Origin: Myxococcota bacterium | GTDB lineage: Bacteria > Myxococcota_C > UBA6777 | Assembly: GCA_023150835.1 (NCBI GenBank) | Contig: JAKLKB010000033.1 | Span: 2,411-66,410, forward strand | Direction of reading: 5' to 3' | Length of the DNA stretch: 64,000 bases | In this document: in pieces, positions 10,024 through 22,243 of the stretch | Layout: the number at the start of each line of letters is the position of its first letter | Numbering within the stretch: position 1 is the first letter of the stretch | Translations under genes and position numbers: made by a program | The notes under the pieces: model-generated | Seen by the model: the letters and a program-made list of their open reading frames with translations, nothing else | Database searches by the model: none | What the model was told of the DNA's origin: nothing

Positions 10024-11463
10024 TTAGGGGGCTGTTTGGCAGAAGCCGTCGCTGCCGCATTTTACGCCCGAGGGGCAGTCGCAGTCGGCCTTGCAAGCGA
10101 GTTTGGGTTCATTTTTGGGGGCTTCTGCGCAAACCGAGTCTTGTCCGCACACTTGGCCGGTGGGGCATTCGCAGCTTGCGCGGCAAGATTTGACACAAGC
10201 ATTTTGGCGGCAAACTTGACCGGATTGGCAGCCTGCGTCCGAGCTACAGCCCGATTTGCAGGATTTGGTGGCGGCATCGCAGTATTTGCCGGCTCCACAA
10301 GCAGCGTCAGAGGTGCAACCTTCTTTGCAGGACTTGGTGGTGGCATCGCAGTATTTGCCGGCTCCGCAAGCAGCGTCGGAGGTGCAGCCTGCTTTACAAG
10401 TTCCAGCATCGCAGTATTGTCCGGCTCCGCAAGCAGCGTCAGAGGTACAAGGAGCGGTTTTGCACTGTGTATTTTCGCAGACTTGGCTCGACCCGCAGTC
10501 TTCGTTGCGACGGCAGCCCGTTTTGCAGGTACCGGCTTCGCAGATCTTGCCGGTGCCGCAGTCGGCATCGCGGGTACATTGGGTGGCGGCACATTTTCCG
10601 TTGGTGCAGGCTTGACCGCGAGGACAATCGTTGGTGCTTTTGCAACCATCGACGCATTGGCTAGAAACACAGATCTGTCCGAGTTTGCATTCTTTGTCGC
10701 TTGCACAGGAGGGGAGGCGCTCTTTGCACACGCCGCTGGCACAGATCTTTCCGTCGGCACAATCGGCATCACGGCGGCAACCTTCGGCGCAAGGAGTTCC
10801 GGCGGTTTTGCAGATCGTTCCGAGTTTGCAGTCTGCGTCGGTTTTGCAAGCGTCGGTTTTGCAGCCGCCTTGGATACAGAGTTGGCCATTGCTGCAATCG
10901 TTGTCGGTGTTGCATCCTTGGCGGCACTGATTTTGGCTACAGACTTGGCCGCGAGGACACTCGGCATCAGCGCGACAACCTTCGGCGCAAGTGCCCGAGA
11001 GGCAGATCTTGCCTGTGGTGCAATCTTTGTCCGCAGAGCATTGGGGTTTGGGCGGATCGGTCGGAGCGGGTTTGGTTCCGCCGTTAGGATAGCAGATACC
11101 GTCGCGGCAATCGCAGGGACGATCCAAGCTGCAATCCTTGGCAGTGGTGCAGTTGGGTCGACAGGAGCCTTCGACACAAGATTCGTTGGGAGCGCAGTGG
11201 GTGTTGCGTCGGCATTCTGCGGGAGCGTTGGGATCGACGGTGCAACGGCGCGCCAAACAGACTTGGCCCATCGGGCAATGTGCATCACGGAAACAATCAT
11301 TTTGGGTTTGAGGGGGATTGGTTTGTCCACCGCTACAGTAGGGATCCCAAGAATAGATATCGCAGTAGCTTCCGCCGTGATAACCACAAAAGCAGCCCGT
11401 GAACAGGACGGCGGGTGTAAGGAAAAGACTCATCAGTAGAAAACGGATCTTAACGCGGTTCAT
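10024..11463 (-). CDS. Cys-rich repeat lipoprotein (myxobacterial CxxDxxCxxGxxCxxGxC type)
   Basis: AAGGAG RBS, lipobox LFTG-C, and many tandem CxxDxDCxxGxxCxxGxC units. Confidence 0.9.
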   Translation of the reverse strand: MNRVKIRFLLMSLFLTPAVLFTGCFCGYHGGSYCDIYSWDPYCSGGQTNPPQTQNDCFRDAHCPMGQVCLARRCTVDPNAPAECRRNTHCAPNESCVEGSCRPNCTTAKDCSLDRPCDCRDGICYPNGGTKPAPTDPPKPQCSADKDCTTGKICLSGTCAEGCRADAECPRGQVCSQNQCRQGCNTDNDCSNGQLCIQGGCKTDACKTDADCKLGTICKTAGTPCAEGCRRDADCADGKICASGVCKERLPSCASDKECKLGQICVSSQCVDGCKSTNDCPRGQACTNGKCAATQCTRDADCGTGKICEAGTCKTGCRRNEDCGSSQVCENTQCKTAPCTSDAACGAGQYCDAGTCKAGCTSDAACGAGKYCDATTKSCKEGCTSDAACGAGKYCDAATKSCKSGCSSDAGCQSGQVCRQNACVKSCRASCECPTGQVCGQDSVCAEAPKNEPKLACKADCDCPSGVKCGSDGFCQTAP

Positions 11464-11545
11464 TGTTTTTCTCCTTCCATGTACTGGAGGTGCCTCGCTG
11501 GCAGTGCGGGCCGCGTGAGTGAGTGAGTTGACGCGATTTTTCTTT

Positions 11546-11560
11546 CCAACAAATATGCCA
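11546..11560 (-). promoter_or_regulatory. Possible sigma54 -24/-12 promoter for the Cys-rich lipoprotein
   Basis: Minus strand TGGCATATTTGTTGG; -24 element is near consensus, but -12 is GG instead of GC. Confidence 0.3.
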
Positions 11561-11748
11561 AAGATTTGCGATCTTCGTTTTCCTCAGATTTGGCGAAGAA
11601 CACCTGATCGAGGAGGCAGGATCGTTTGTGTGGCTCAGAACGTTGGAAGGGGGCGTGAGCTTACAGTCGGGGCGTCGAAAGTTCTGGTGGGGTGGGGTGA
11701 AAGGCGGCCCCTTGTTGGGGAAAAGGGATGGAGTATCATGGCCAAGCG

Positions 11749-11772
11749 TTGTGGATAAGGGTTTATCCACAA
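11749..11772. promoter_or_regulatory. Inverted pair of perfect DnaA boxes
   Basis: TGTGGATAA (11750-11758) and TTATCCACA (11763-11771) both match TTATCCACA exactly. Confidence 0.7.
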
Positions 11773-11857
11773 GGAAGGCTTTCATCCAATCCACCAACGA
11801 ACGCGGGCATCCAACCCGATCTGTTGCATCGATCCGATATTGTGGGGGCTTTTTGAG

Positions 11858-14758
11858 ATGACGATAGAGGAAGAACATCGAGCGCTGTTGCGTGCTGGAC
11901 TCTTGCCCGAAGGCGTAGAGATCGAATCCATCTTGTGGGGGGTGATATCGGGTGGGCGCCTCGAAGGGCGCGAGGGGATCTTGTTTTTGGCGGGAGTGTG
12001 GTGGGGGTTTTATGGTCGTGACTTTGTGTATTTGACGATGTATGCGGGCTTTGTGGGCGCATTGTCAGGACTCTCGCGTTGTGAAGGGCCACTTGTGACA
12101 GGCGACACGATGGAGTCCTATCTTCTCGAAGGGATCGTCGAAGGCGAAGGTCGTTCCGAACAACGCTATTTTTTTACTCCCAACGCAGAGACGTATCGCC
12201 GTCGCCCCGAAGAGATCGCGGCTTTTTTTGCGGCATTGCGCCAACGTGTGAACAATCAGATCCACCCCGATGCTTTGGGTTTGTTTCGCCAAGGGATGGC
12301 GCATTGGGACGCGGGCCACTTGCGGGATGCCGAAGAGCTTCTTGCCGCAGCGGGTCGCATCGATCCGCGAAGTGCGATACCTGCTTTTGTGTTGGGGCAG
12401 TTGTTATTGGAGCAAGGAGGCCGTAGCCGCGAGGCTTTGCAACAATTACAGATCGCTCAACAACGGCTGTTTGAAGATCCCCCTGCCTTGTTCCTTGCGT
12501 TGGCTCAAGCCCATCAACAAGCCGGCGATCTTCGATCGGCTGAGCGCGAAGCTCGGGCATCTCTCCAACACCAAGAAAGCGCAGAAGCGCATTTTTTACT
12601 TGCTGAGATCGCCTCGCAACAGTCGAGACTGCGGGAGCGTGCGCAACATTTGAAGCAGGCCGTTGCGCTTGATCCGAACGGACCCTACGCACCGTGGCTT
12701 GCGTATGATGCCACGCAAGAAAAGGATTGGGGTCACGCACGACAACACCTTTCGCGCCTTTCCAAAGAGCAGCAAAGCCACCCTGCAGCGTTGCTTTCCC
12801 AAGCCTATCTTGCCCATCACGAGGGGCATATCGGTGAGGCGATCGCCCTCGCACGAAAAGCCGCAGCCCAAGATCCCGGACTTGCTGCGGCGTCGCTCGC
12901 CATCGAACGGTGGGATATCTCAAGCGAAACAACGCCAGAACGCACTGCGCCCCAAGAGTCCAGAGAACAAGCAACCGAAACAACTCACCTCGCTGCGGAG
13001 ATGCTGATGTGGCTTCATGAACAAGAACAACGTTTGTCGCGTGAAGAGATCCCTCGGATGCTCCAAGAACTTTCCGCACAGATCGAGATCTTTTCGGAGC
13101 AATGGGGTGCTTATTTGGTGATGTGCTTGTTGCGTGGTGAGTCCCTTGATCAAGCGATGGAAGCGTTGCAATCGCGTCTTCGTGAAGGGATGACCGAACA
13201 AGCGCGGGGGTTTTTGCAGCGAGCGCGAGGCTGGTTGCACGATCAATGGGCGGCTTTCCTCTCACGCGAACAAGAACTGCCCTTGCGCACGGTCGTTGAC
13301 CTCCCTTTCTCGACCGAAGATCCCATCGCGATGACGGGGACATTCACACAACAACAACTGCTGCTGCGTTTGTTTGAACACGCAGAGATCCGCCTTGAGG
13401 CTCTGTTTTCTCAGCTTCTTCAGTGCACGCTGGGTCTTTTGGAGGGGGGGCTGGTGACACTTTTCTTGTTGGAGCTGCAACGTTTCGAGGAACAGCCCGA
13501 CGCGGGGCGTCTCGCTTCTTTGCTGCGTGACCGCTTGCGCCCGATCGCACAACGGCTTGCGATCTACCTCAAGGCGTGGATGCACCAACATATCGATCTC
13601 TTGGAAACGGCGATCGGTCGCCTGTTGGAGCTCCCGATCCCGCCGCACGAACCCTCCCCTCATCTCTCCGAACCTCTGCGGCCTCTCGATGCACCGATCC
13701 TCGCCGAAACATCGGCTCTTGAGATCCCCATGCACCGAGGTGAAACCACTGCTCTCCCTTTGATCTCCGCCTCCCCAACTCTTCACCCTCAAACCTCGGC
13801 ATCTTCGGGAGCCTCGGCATCCTCGGGAGCCTCGGCATCCTCGATCATGTCGGCATCTTCGGCGTCCTCGGCATCCTCCCAAATCTCCAATAATCCGCCT
13901 GTTTATCGGACCGAGCGTGTAGAGGCCCTTCTCGACGCCCCACCCCTCCAAGCTCCGCCGAGTCCGCCTCCCACAAACGCTCCGCCTTCTCGAATCGCCA
14001 GCAAGTCCTCGATCTCTGTCTCCAGCGCCCCCGGGGGAGGGCTGTTCTTTCTGCCCAAACTACCGGGCGAAGATCAACGCTCCGAAGCGATTCCTTCGAC
14101 ACATCGGCCCTCTTCTTCGCCACGCTCGGCTCCTGTGTCCTCTCCCGCAAACACTGTCCCTTCCAAACAGAATCCGCTGTCAGGAGCCGCAAAAGCCTAC
14201 CGCGTCTCTGCGCTGTCGCCTTCTGGCTCAAATCCTCTTTTCTCTTCTTCCGCGTCGGGTCCTTCTTCGCATGCGACTCCTTCGCTTACAGAGCGCGTCT
14301 TGATTACCGCGATCCAGCCCGATACTTCGGACGCCTCTTCTCCTCATGCCCCAGCATCCGAGCCAATCGCTGTTTCGTTGATGACTGCTGCCTCGTCTTC
14401 GGTGCCATCCCTGCGCCACGATGAGACGACAGCACTAGACACTTCGACGCTGCGTCCACAGATTGCTGGGGAAGAAACGCCGCCCACTCCTTTCCCTGCG
14501 GTCGCGGCAGACGAGATCCCACCTGATCCACAAGACGACCCCATCGGATGGGCTTATGCGATGTATCGACGCGCTTTTCAATCGCTCGGCCACGCAGAGC
14601 CACCCACTCCCAAAGAGCGTTTTGTGCGGATTCTCGAAACCAAGGTGCATGCTTGGAAACAACGCACCGGCCAAGATCCCGATATCTACGTGGAGATCGA
14701 ACATGGACGCCCGCAGATCAAGCTGCGCGAGCGCGAAACCCCGAGGAGTCGAACGTGA
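11858..14758 (+). CDS. TPR protein with Ser/Pro-rich linker and MXAN_5187-C-like terminal domain
   Basis: TPR motifs. C-terminus YAMYRRAFQSLG...ERFVRILETKV...YVEIEHGRPQIKLR resembles the MXAN_5187 C-terminal domain (judged by eye). Confidence 0.75.
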   Translation: MTIEEEHRALLRAGLLPEGVEIESILWGVISGGRLEGREGILFLAGVWWGFYGRDFVYLTMYAGFVGALSGLSRCEGPLVTGDTMESYLLEGIVEGEGRSEQRYFFTPNAETYRRRPEEIAAFFAALRQRVNNQIHPDALGLFRQGMAHWDAGHLRDAEELLAAAGRIDPRSAIPAFVLGQLLLEQGGRSREALQQLQIAQQRLFEDPPALFLALAQAHQQAGDLRSAEREARASLQHQESAEAHFLLAEIASQQSRLRERAQHLKQAVALDPNGPYAPWLAYDATQEKDWGHARQHLSRLSKEQQSHPAALLSQAYLAHHEGHIGEAIALARKAAAQDPGLAAASLAIERWDISSETTPERTAPQESREQATETTHLAAEMLMWLHEQEQRLSREEIPRMLQELSAQIEIFSEQWGAYLVMCLLRGESLDQAMEALQSRLREGMTEQARGFLQRARGWLHDQWAAFLSREQELPLRTVVDLPFSTEDPIAMTGTFTQQQLLLRLFEHAEIRLEALFSQLLQCTLGLLEGGLVTLFLLELQRFEEQPDAGRLASLLRDRLRPIAQRLAIYLKAWMHQHIDLLETAIGRLLELPIPPHEPSPHLSEPLRPLDAPILAETSALEIPMHRGETTALPLISASPTLHPQTSASSGASASSGASASSIMSASSASSASSQISNNPPVYRTERVEALLDAPPLQAPPSPPPTNAPPSRIASKSSISVSSAPGGGLFFLPKLPGEDQRSEAIPSTHRPSSSPRSAPVSSPANTVPSKQNPLSGAAKAYRVSALSPSGSNPLFSSSASGPSSHATPSLTERVLITAIQPDTSDASSPHAPASEPIAVSLMTAASSSVPSLRHDETTALDTSTLRPQIAGEETPPTPFPAVAADEIPPDPQDDPIGWAYAMYRRAFQSLGHAEPPTPKERFVRILETKVHAWKQRTGQDPDIYVEIEHGRPQIKLRERETPRSRT

Positions 14759-17505
14759 TCGGCCAACCTATCGTTGCTCTCCCCCCTCTCCAAGACATCC
14801 CCTTCTCCGACTTCCCTTTGCAACTCCCTTCCCGCATCCGCGATCCACACGCTCGCTTTCACCACCAAAAAGGCCCCGCTCGTGTCCTCGCAAGCGAACA
14901 CCAGTGCTATCTTCATCTGCTCTTGCCCTACCACCAAGGGCTTTTTCCCCGCTGGTGGGCCTTGCGCTGGATGCACGAAGTCGAGGAGTTGGAAAAACGC
15001 CCTGCCCAACAAGAGCTTTTTTTCCAAGTCTGCGCGTTGGATATCCGCCGCTGTCAGGGCTGGGTCGAGATCGAATACACCTTCCCGCTTGAACACTTTC
15101 TCTCCGATGCGCAGATGCGCGCTGCACGCGATCTTGCGGGACTCGATCTGGCTTTGTGGGAGCGCTTTTGCGAGATCGGGGCGACCGATATCTGCCAAGA
15201 CGCCGAAGAAGACGCGCTGATCGCATGGATGGCGCGTTTGCATATGCTGGTTGCCGAGCGCATGATCCATCCCTTGTTGTGCGGAGATGTCCGCGATCTC
15301 AAAGCGATATCGTCCTTTGTGCGCGCAGACCTCGAAAAAATGGAGCGCTTTCGCTCTCCTTCGGGCTTTGTCGAACTGGTCTTCGATCAAGAAGTCCAAC
15401 AGTTTTTGTGTGACTTCGAGGAGATGCGCTCACACGGCGACGCTGATCTCGCCCACGATTCTCTCCAAGATATGCTCCACCGCCATCCACAACACGCCGC
15501 GTTGCTAGAGATCGCCGCACGCGAAGCCCTCGAACAACACAACCCCCGCCGCGCCTTACAACACCTCCAGCACGCTTTGCTCGATGATTGTTTTCCCCGA
15601 AAAGACCGACTTTTTTTACTCCGTGCCAAAGCACACCAATCCCTCCACCAAGACCAAGACGCCCTCCAAGAACTCGAACAAGCTCTACTCCAAAACCCCG
15701 CACAGATGGACGTTTGGTTGATTCGGGCTGAGATCTTTTCGCAACAGCAGCAACACGCTCGCGCCCAACGTTGCCTTGACTCGCTGCGTGAACAAGCACC
15801 CGCATGGCGCGGTCTCCATTTCCAATACGCTCTTCTTGCCCAACATCAGGGACTTCTAAAAGAGGCGCTTGATGCTTTCCGCGCAGAAGTCGAATTCCAT
15901 CCCGATCATCAAGAAGCGATCTCTGCTGTGTTGGATCTGGCCCAACAACGGGGAGATCATGCCTTATACAAGCTCTATGCTCGCAAGCGCGACCGCCTCG
16001 CACACAAACAACGAAAAAGCGCTGCCGCGTACACTTCGTCTGTTTCGTTTGAAGATCTCGAGGCGCTTTGTTGCCAAGCCGAAGCGTTGTTTTCGTCTCC
16101 TGTTCGTCGTTGGAGATCAGCGTTTTCTTCTTCGGATGAATCGGATGCTTTTGATGCGGACGCTTATCACGACGACGATATCCCCCTCGAAGAGGCCCTG
16201 TATTGGGCCGATGATACGCCTTGGATAGACTCTGTTCTTGAGTATGGCCCCGCTTCGTCAGATATCTTTTCCTCGGAAGATCCGACCTCTTCTCGCTTTG
16301 ATGTTTTTTCTTCGGAAGATCCGACATCTTCTCGCTTTGATGCTTTTTCTTCGGAAGATCCGACATCTTCTCGCTTTGATGCTTTTTCTTCGGAAGATCC
16401 GACCTCTTCTCGCTTTTTGGAAGGCTCTTCACCTTCTGATCGGTATGATACCGCTTGTCGGCCTCGATCTTTTGGGGGCTTTGTCGCCCCTCAAAAAAAG
16501 TACACGCCTGTTCCTGAAAAGCCCGTTGTCAAGCACACGCCTGTTTCTGAAAGGCAAGCCTTCAAGTACGCGCCTGTTTCTCAAAAGCAGGAGATCGCGT
16601 TGCCTGCGGGTTGTTTTGCGGTAGACGATTCGTTTTTTGCGCGTCTCGGCAGTTTTCGCTACCACGGGATCGGGATTGCTTATGAGGGAGCAACGTACCG
16701 TGTCTCGATGGTGTTTCGCCACCTCGATATCCCATTGCCACAACTACAGTCGTTGGCGTTTCGGCGCGATGTTGCGCGGTTGTTGATCGAACGAGAAGGC
16801 GATGACGTGATCGTGTTGTTGCGCCTTTTTCCAAAACCGCATCTGGATGTGCAGCAGTGGTTGTCTCGATGGGGGCTCGGAGAAGTGCCTTTGATCGCGG
16901 AGTGCCTAGAGCCTTCGGAGATCCGCTGCTCGCCTTCTGCCCGATGGGATCAACTTTATCGACGTCTGCTTGCGGTGATGATGGATGAGGTACGCGAGGC
17001 ATTGTTGCGCGGCGACCTGATGCCCTTGCGAGAGATCTCTCTTTGGCTCCAAGGCATCCGCCCAGAGAGCCATCCACAAATCCCTCTCTACACGGGACTT
17101 TCCACACACGATAGATCTTGTCCCAAGACCCACCCTGTGGCGTTGCACTTTTCTTCCATCCTTGAACAGCTTTTCGCCTACACACCCGCCGATCAGAGGT
17201 TGGCGCTTGGTGTGGAAGACTCTCTCCTTGTCGATGATCTGGGCCTTCTTCCCGGACTTTTCACGCCTCACCCTGAATCAAAACTCTTGCAGCTCGAAGA
17301 GATCCGTTTGCTTGCTTCTCACGATCCCCTCGCCGCGTTCTCTCGCCTTGCCCAATATACGCTCCAATATCGCCTATCTTCCGCTCTGTATGCACTCAAA
17401 GCTGAGATCTGCGATGCGCTGCTGCGCGCTCTCCCCGCCTCTTTGGAGTCCTCCGCTGTGCGCAACATCCAGTCTCGCGCTCTGTTGTTGCGAGATTCTT
17501 TTTAA
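14755..17505 (+). CDS. TPR-containing hypothetical protein
   Basis: GTG start overlaps the upstream TGA (GTGA). Central TPR motifs and an acidic repeat region. Confidence 0.75.
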   Translation: MIGQPIVALPPLQDIPFSDFPLQLPSRIRDPHARFHHQKGPARVLASEHQCYLHLLLPYHQGLFPRWWALRWMHEVEELEKRPAQQELFFQVCALDIRRCQGWVEIEYTFPLEHFLSDAQMRAARDLAGLDLALWERFCEIGATDICQDAEEDALIAWMARLHMLVAERMIHPLLCGDVRDLKAISSFVRADLEKMERFRSPSGFVELVFDQEVQQFLCDFEEMRSHGDADLAHDSLQDMLHRHPQHAALLEIAAREALEQHNPRRALQHLQHALLDDCFPRKDRLFLLRAKAHQSLHQDQDALQELEQALLQNPAQMDVWLIRAEIFSQQQQHARAQRCLDSLREQAPAWRGLHFQYALLAQHQGLLKEALDAFRAEVEFHPDHQEAISAVLDLAQQRGDHALYKLYARKRDRLAHKQRKSAAAYTSSVSFEDLEALCCQAEALFSSPVRRWRSAFSSSDESDAFDADAYHDDDIPLEEALYWADDTPWIDSVLEYGPASSDIFSSEDPTSSRFDVFSSEDPTSSRFDAFSSEDPTSSRFDAFSSEDPTSSRFLEGSSPSDRYDTACRPRSFGGFVAPQKKYTPVPEKPVVKHTPVSERQAFKYAPVSQKQEIALPAGCFAVDDSFFARLGSFRYHGIGIAYEGATYRVSMVFRHLDIPLPQLQSLAFRRDVARLLIEREGDDVIVLLRLFPKPHLDVQQWLSRWGLGEVPLIAECLEPSEIRCSPSARWDQLYRRLLAVMMDEVREALLRGDLMPLREISLWLQGIRPESHPQIPLYTGLSTHDRSCPKTHPVALHFSSILEQLFAYTPADQRLALGVEDSLLVDDLGLLPGLFTPHPESKLLQLEEIRLLASHDPLAAFSRLAQYTLQYRLSSALYALKAEICDALLRALPASLESSAVRNIQSRALLLRDSF
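16261..16416 (+). repeat. Intragenic 39-bp tandem repeat, 4 copies (D[IVA]FSSEDPTSSRF)
   Basis: Visible in DNA and protein. Confidence 0.9.
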
Positions 17506-17524
17506 CGCCGACCACACCGAGAAG

Positions 17525-17653
17525 ATACGAGATCCGTCCGTGATGTGTGATCGAAGGGTTGTGCGTAGACGCCCTGTTCTTGGGCAGCCCCTACCTCTTT
17601 ACGCAGGGGCAGCCCCTACCTCTTGACGTGTACACAACGGGCGGATCTCGGAT
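17525..17653. mobile_element. MITE-like family A, copy 2 (reverse orientation)
   Basis: ATACGAGATCCG...CGGATCTCGGAT; internal GGGCAGCCCCTAC twice and GTGCGTAGACGCCCTG. Lies between convergent genes. Confidence 0.7.
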
Positions 17654-19449
17654 TACGGGCTTGGGGCGGTGTCAGCGGGTGAGGGATCGTAGGGGATGCT
17701 GAACATCCCGAGATTGTTGGTGGTATGTCGTCCGATCAGGTGGGCGGGGCTGCGGTCGCCTTCTTGAAAGGCATGCAGTTCGACGGTGGCACCTTCGACG
17801 GGGAAGCCGTCTGGGGTGATGATCTGGGCAATCAAGAATTGGGCTTTGGGCAAAAGAGTTTGGATCTCGATTTGACCGCGTTGAACACGGAGATTGCGTT
17901 CCACTTTGCGGGCGAGGTCGGAGCCTGTTGGCGGGATGAAGATCAGATCGTAGAGTCCGGGATCGAGCAAAAGCTCGAAGCTACCGTCTTTTCCAGACAA
18001 CTGCGTTTGATACTGCGAAGCAGCCGAAGTTTCGGATGTGACTGAAACGCCTTGTGGATTGGAGGAGGCGCGCCAGACTGCGCGGATCTGCGTGCCAGAG
18101 ATCATGGTCTTGCATCCGCCTTGTTCGTCTTTGGAGCAGACGCGACCGCGCAGATCGGGTTTGGTTTCGAGGGTGATATCCATGTGATTTTGCATGATCG
18201 AGGAAGATTGGAAGACCGCACGCGCCCAACGGCTCGTGACGTTGGGCCAGACTTCCAGTTCATAACGCCCTTCGATGTAGGGGATCTGGTAGGCGCCGTT
18301 GCTATTGCTGGTCGTATCGAAGCGATAAGAGGCTTGAACGGGGGTGTTTTGGTGCGTACCGACCGAGATCTCGCCCCGCAATTGGAGGCGACAAGATGCG
18401 CAAGGAGAAGCGCCTTCTTGTTGGGGAGAGCGGATCTGGCCGATCAGATGGCCGGGTTTGGGGGCGCACAAGAAGGGCAGATCGCCGAGTGAGATCTGGC
18501 GGTCTTTGAGGGCCGCCAACTGGCCGAGCGGGATACGGATCTCTGGAATCATCCAAACGAGCGTGTCGTCAGGCTGTCGGCTTTCGTTCTGGCGAACGCG
18601 CAAAAAGGCGGGCTGGGCGATCAATCGGGCGTTTTCAACGGTGGTTTGAAGGCGGATCGAAAACTGGCCGTCCACTCCAAGGTTTTCGATGCCCGAGATC
18701 GTAAGTCCATGCTCAGAGAGCACATCGACTTGTAGACTTTGCGTGGCAAAGCCCGAAGGCAGGGGGACGAGGCTCTTTGCGGGCAGTAAGCGTCCTTGGA
18801 GGCGGATGTACTGGTCTTTTTCGGCGCTGGTGAGATCGTGTTGTGGGAGTGTGAGCGTGAGTTCTTGTTCACGGGTCACGCTGACTTTTTCGATGCGAAA
18901 GGGGGGCAAGCGCTTGTCTTCGGGGAGGACTTCGATGTCATAGACTCCGAAGGTAAGAGAGAGGGTAAAACGCCCGTCTGTGCGCTTGTCTTCTTGGTTG
19001 TTGACTTCCGAAACAAGGGGTTGCCCCGGGATGGTTTCGGTGTCGGTAAAGCGGAGCTTTGCGGGGACGGGTTGGCCGTTTTGAGTTTGAACGACCCCGT
19101 GTATCGGGAAGGTTTCGCGCATCCAGATCGGTCGATCGTGGATATCGGCGAGGTGGATGCCGAGGAATTGTTGGCGGATCAGCTTGTTTTGTTCGGCAGA
19201 TTTGGGGGAGGCTGGGGGGATGATCTGGAGGCTGTAGCGGTGGCCTGCGGCTGCGCTCGAAGCGCGGCAGTATCGGCGATAACAGCTTTGTCCTTGTAGG
19301 GTGCAATCGGCGTCCGTTTCACAAAGGCCGATGCCCGGGTCTTTGTTGAGATTGCCAGAGGGGGAGGCACAAGCAGCCAAGGACAGCAAGGCGACGAAGA
19401 CGCCCCACCATCCGATGTAAAACCATCTTTTTCTTTGAGATTCACGCAT
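17653..19449 (-). CDS. Lipoprotein with carboxypeptidase-regulatory-like (beta-sandwich) repeats
   Basis: Lipobox LAA-C; repeated DGxFxLxLxxGxYD motifs; PVEGATVEL. Confidence 0.75.
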   Translation of the reverse strand: MRESQRKRWFYIGWWGVFVALLSLAACASPSGNLNKDPGIGLCETDADCTLQGQSCYRRYCRASSAAAGHRYSLQIIPPASPKSAEQNKLIRQQFLGIHLADIHDRPIWMRETFPIHGVVQTQNGQPVPAKLRFTDTETIPGQPLVSEVNNQEDKRTDGRFTLSLTFGVYDIEVLPEDKRLPPFRIEKVSVTREQELTLTLPQHDLTSAEKDQYIRLQGRLLPAKSLVPLPSGFATQSLQVDVLSEHGLTISGIENLGVDGQFSIRLQTTVENARLIAQPAFLRVRQNESRQPDDTLVWMIPEIRIPLGQLAALKDRQISLGDLPFLCAPKPGHLIGQIRSPQQEGASPCASCRLQLRGEISVGTHQNTPVQASYRFDTTSNSNGAYQIPYIEGRYELEVWPNVTSRWARAVFQSSSIMQNHMDITLETKPDLRGRVCSKDEQGGCKTMISGTQIRAVWRASSNPQGVSVTSETSAASQYQTQLSGKDGSFELLLDPGLYDLIFIPPTGSDLARKVERNLRVQRGQIEIQTLLPKAQFLIAQIITPDGFPVEGATVELHAFQEGDRSPAHLIGRHTTNNLGMFSIPYDPSPADTAPSP

Positions 19450-19649
19450 GACACAAACCATCATCTTTACACAAAAAACAAACCAAAAAAGAATTCATCC
19501 ATCCACAACAGATCAACGGTCTCTCCTACGCAACAAACGTCCAACGGATCGCTTTGCTGAACAGGCAGATTGTCGAAAGCTAAGTCGCTGCTCTCAAACA
19601 ATCCAGAGAAGGATCAAAGCTTGCCTGAAAAAGTGAAAAAAACAAGGTC

Positions 19650-19764
19650 ATACGAAATCCGCCCGTTGTGTGATCGTAAAAATGTCGGGGCAGACAGGTG
19701 TGGCTGCCCAACCACTGGGCGTCTACACGCTATTTTTCGATCATAGCTCACTCGGATATCGTCT
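19650..19764. mobile_element. MITE-like family A, copy 3
   Basis: ATACGAAATCCG...CGGATATCGTCT with a degenerate REP core. Confidence 0.7.
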
Positions 19765-19783
19765 CAGTCCTCTCTGATGGGCG

Positions 19784-20333
19784 TTATTCTTCCACGCGCA
19801 AGAGCCAGTACCAACGGACCCATTGTGTGCCTTCGGGCCAATCGATCTCGCCGCGACTGTTGGGGAATTGCCCGATCTGTCGAGGTTGCCGATCGCCGAT
19901 GATCAGTTCGAGAAGGACGCGGCTTTTGGGGACAAAGCGGGAGCTTTTGACGTTGATCAGACAAGTGATATCCGCTTCGCGGACGCCCGGGATGCGACCG
20001 AGTTGGCTGCGCAGGCTCGGTTCGACGGGAGGGATGGTTTGAGGGCAGCGGATCGATTCGGGGGGAGCTTGATCGCGGTTGATGAACCAGTAGGCGTACA
20101 AGAGGTCGTCTTCGTCGGGATCGAGCACACGGGGGACGGTGAATGTGACGGTCTCTTGGGCAGGATCGCTGAGCTTGATCGTCAGAAACGTTTCGGTGGG
20201 TGTGATGCCATCAAGCAAGATGCGAGGGGGTTGGTTTTGCGTTTGCTCATAGATCACGGGTGGGATGTACTGCACGCAGCCGAGGGCGGCAAGCCACAGC
20301 ACACAAACACCGACACACAGGGAAAAACAAGCG

Positions 20334-20353
<20 letters not shown>
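19784..20353 (-). CDS. Hypothetical lipoprotein
   Basis: Lipobox ALG-C and an NQPPRI motif. Overlaps the 3' end of the sigma54 activator gene. Confidence 0.65.
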
Positions 20354-22139
<1,786 letters not shown>

Positions 22140-22243
22140 CGATCCTCGCTCCTTGCGCGAACAGCAACACGGCATTCCATCGCTCGGAACATAGCGCAGA
22201 CGCTTCTTGGTGAAAAGCACCCACCTTGAGAGCAGGTCGTCTT

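Noticed and set aside
10036..11439. Long alternative ORFs over the Cys-rich lipoprotein (467 and 441 aa)
   Set aside because: Shadow frames of a repetitive GC-rich gene; the Cys-rich frame has the RBS and lipobox.
11464..11857. Chromosomal oriC
   Set aside because: Only two clear DnaA boxes, no obvious AT-rich unwinding element, and no dnaA/dnaN/gidA context.
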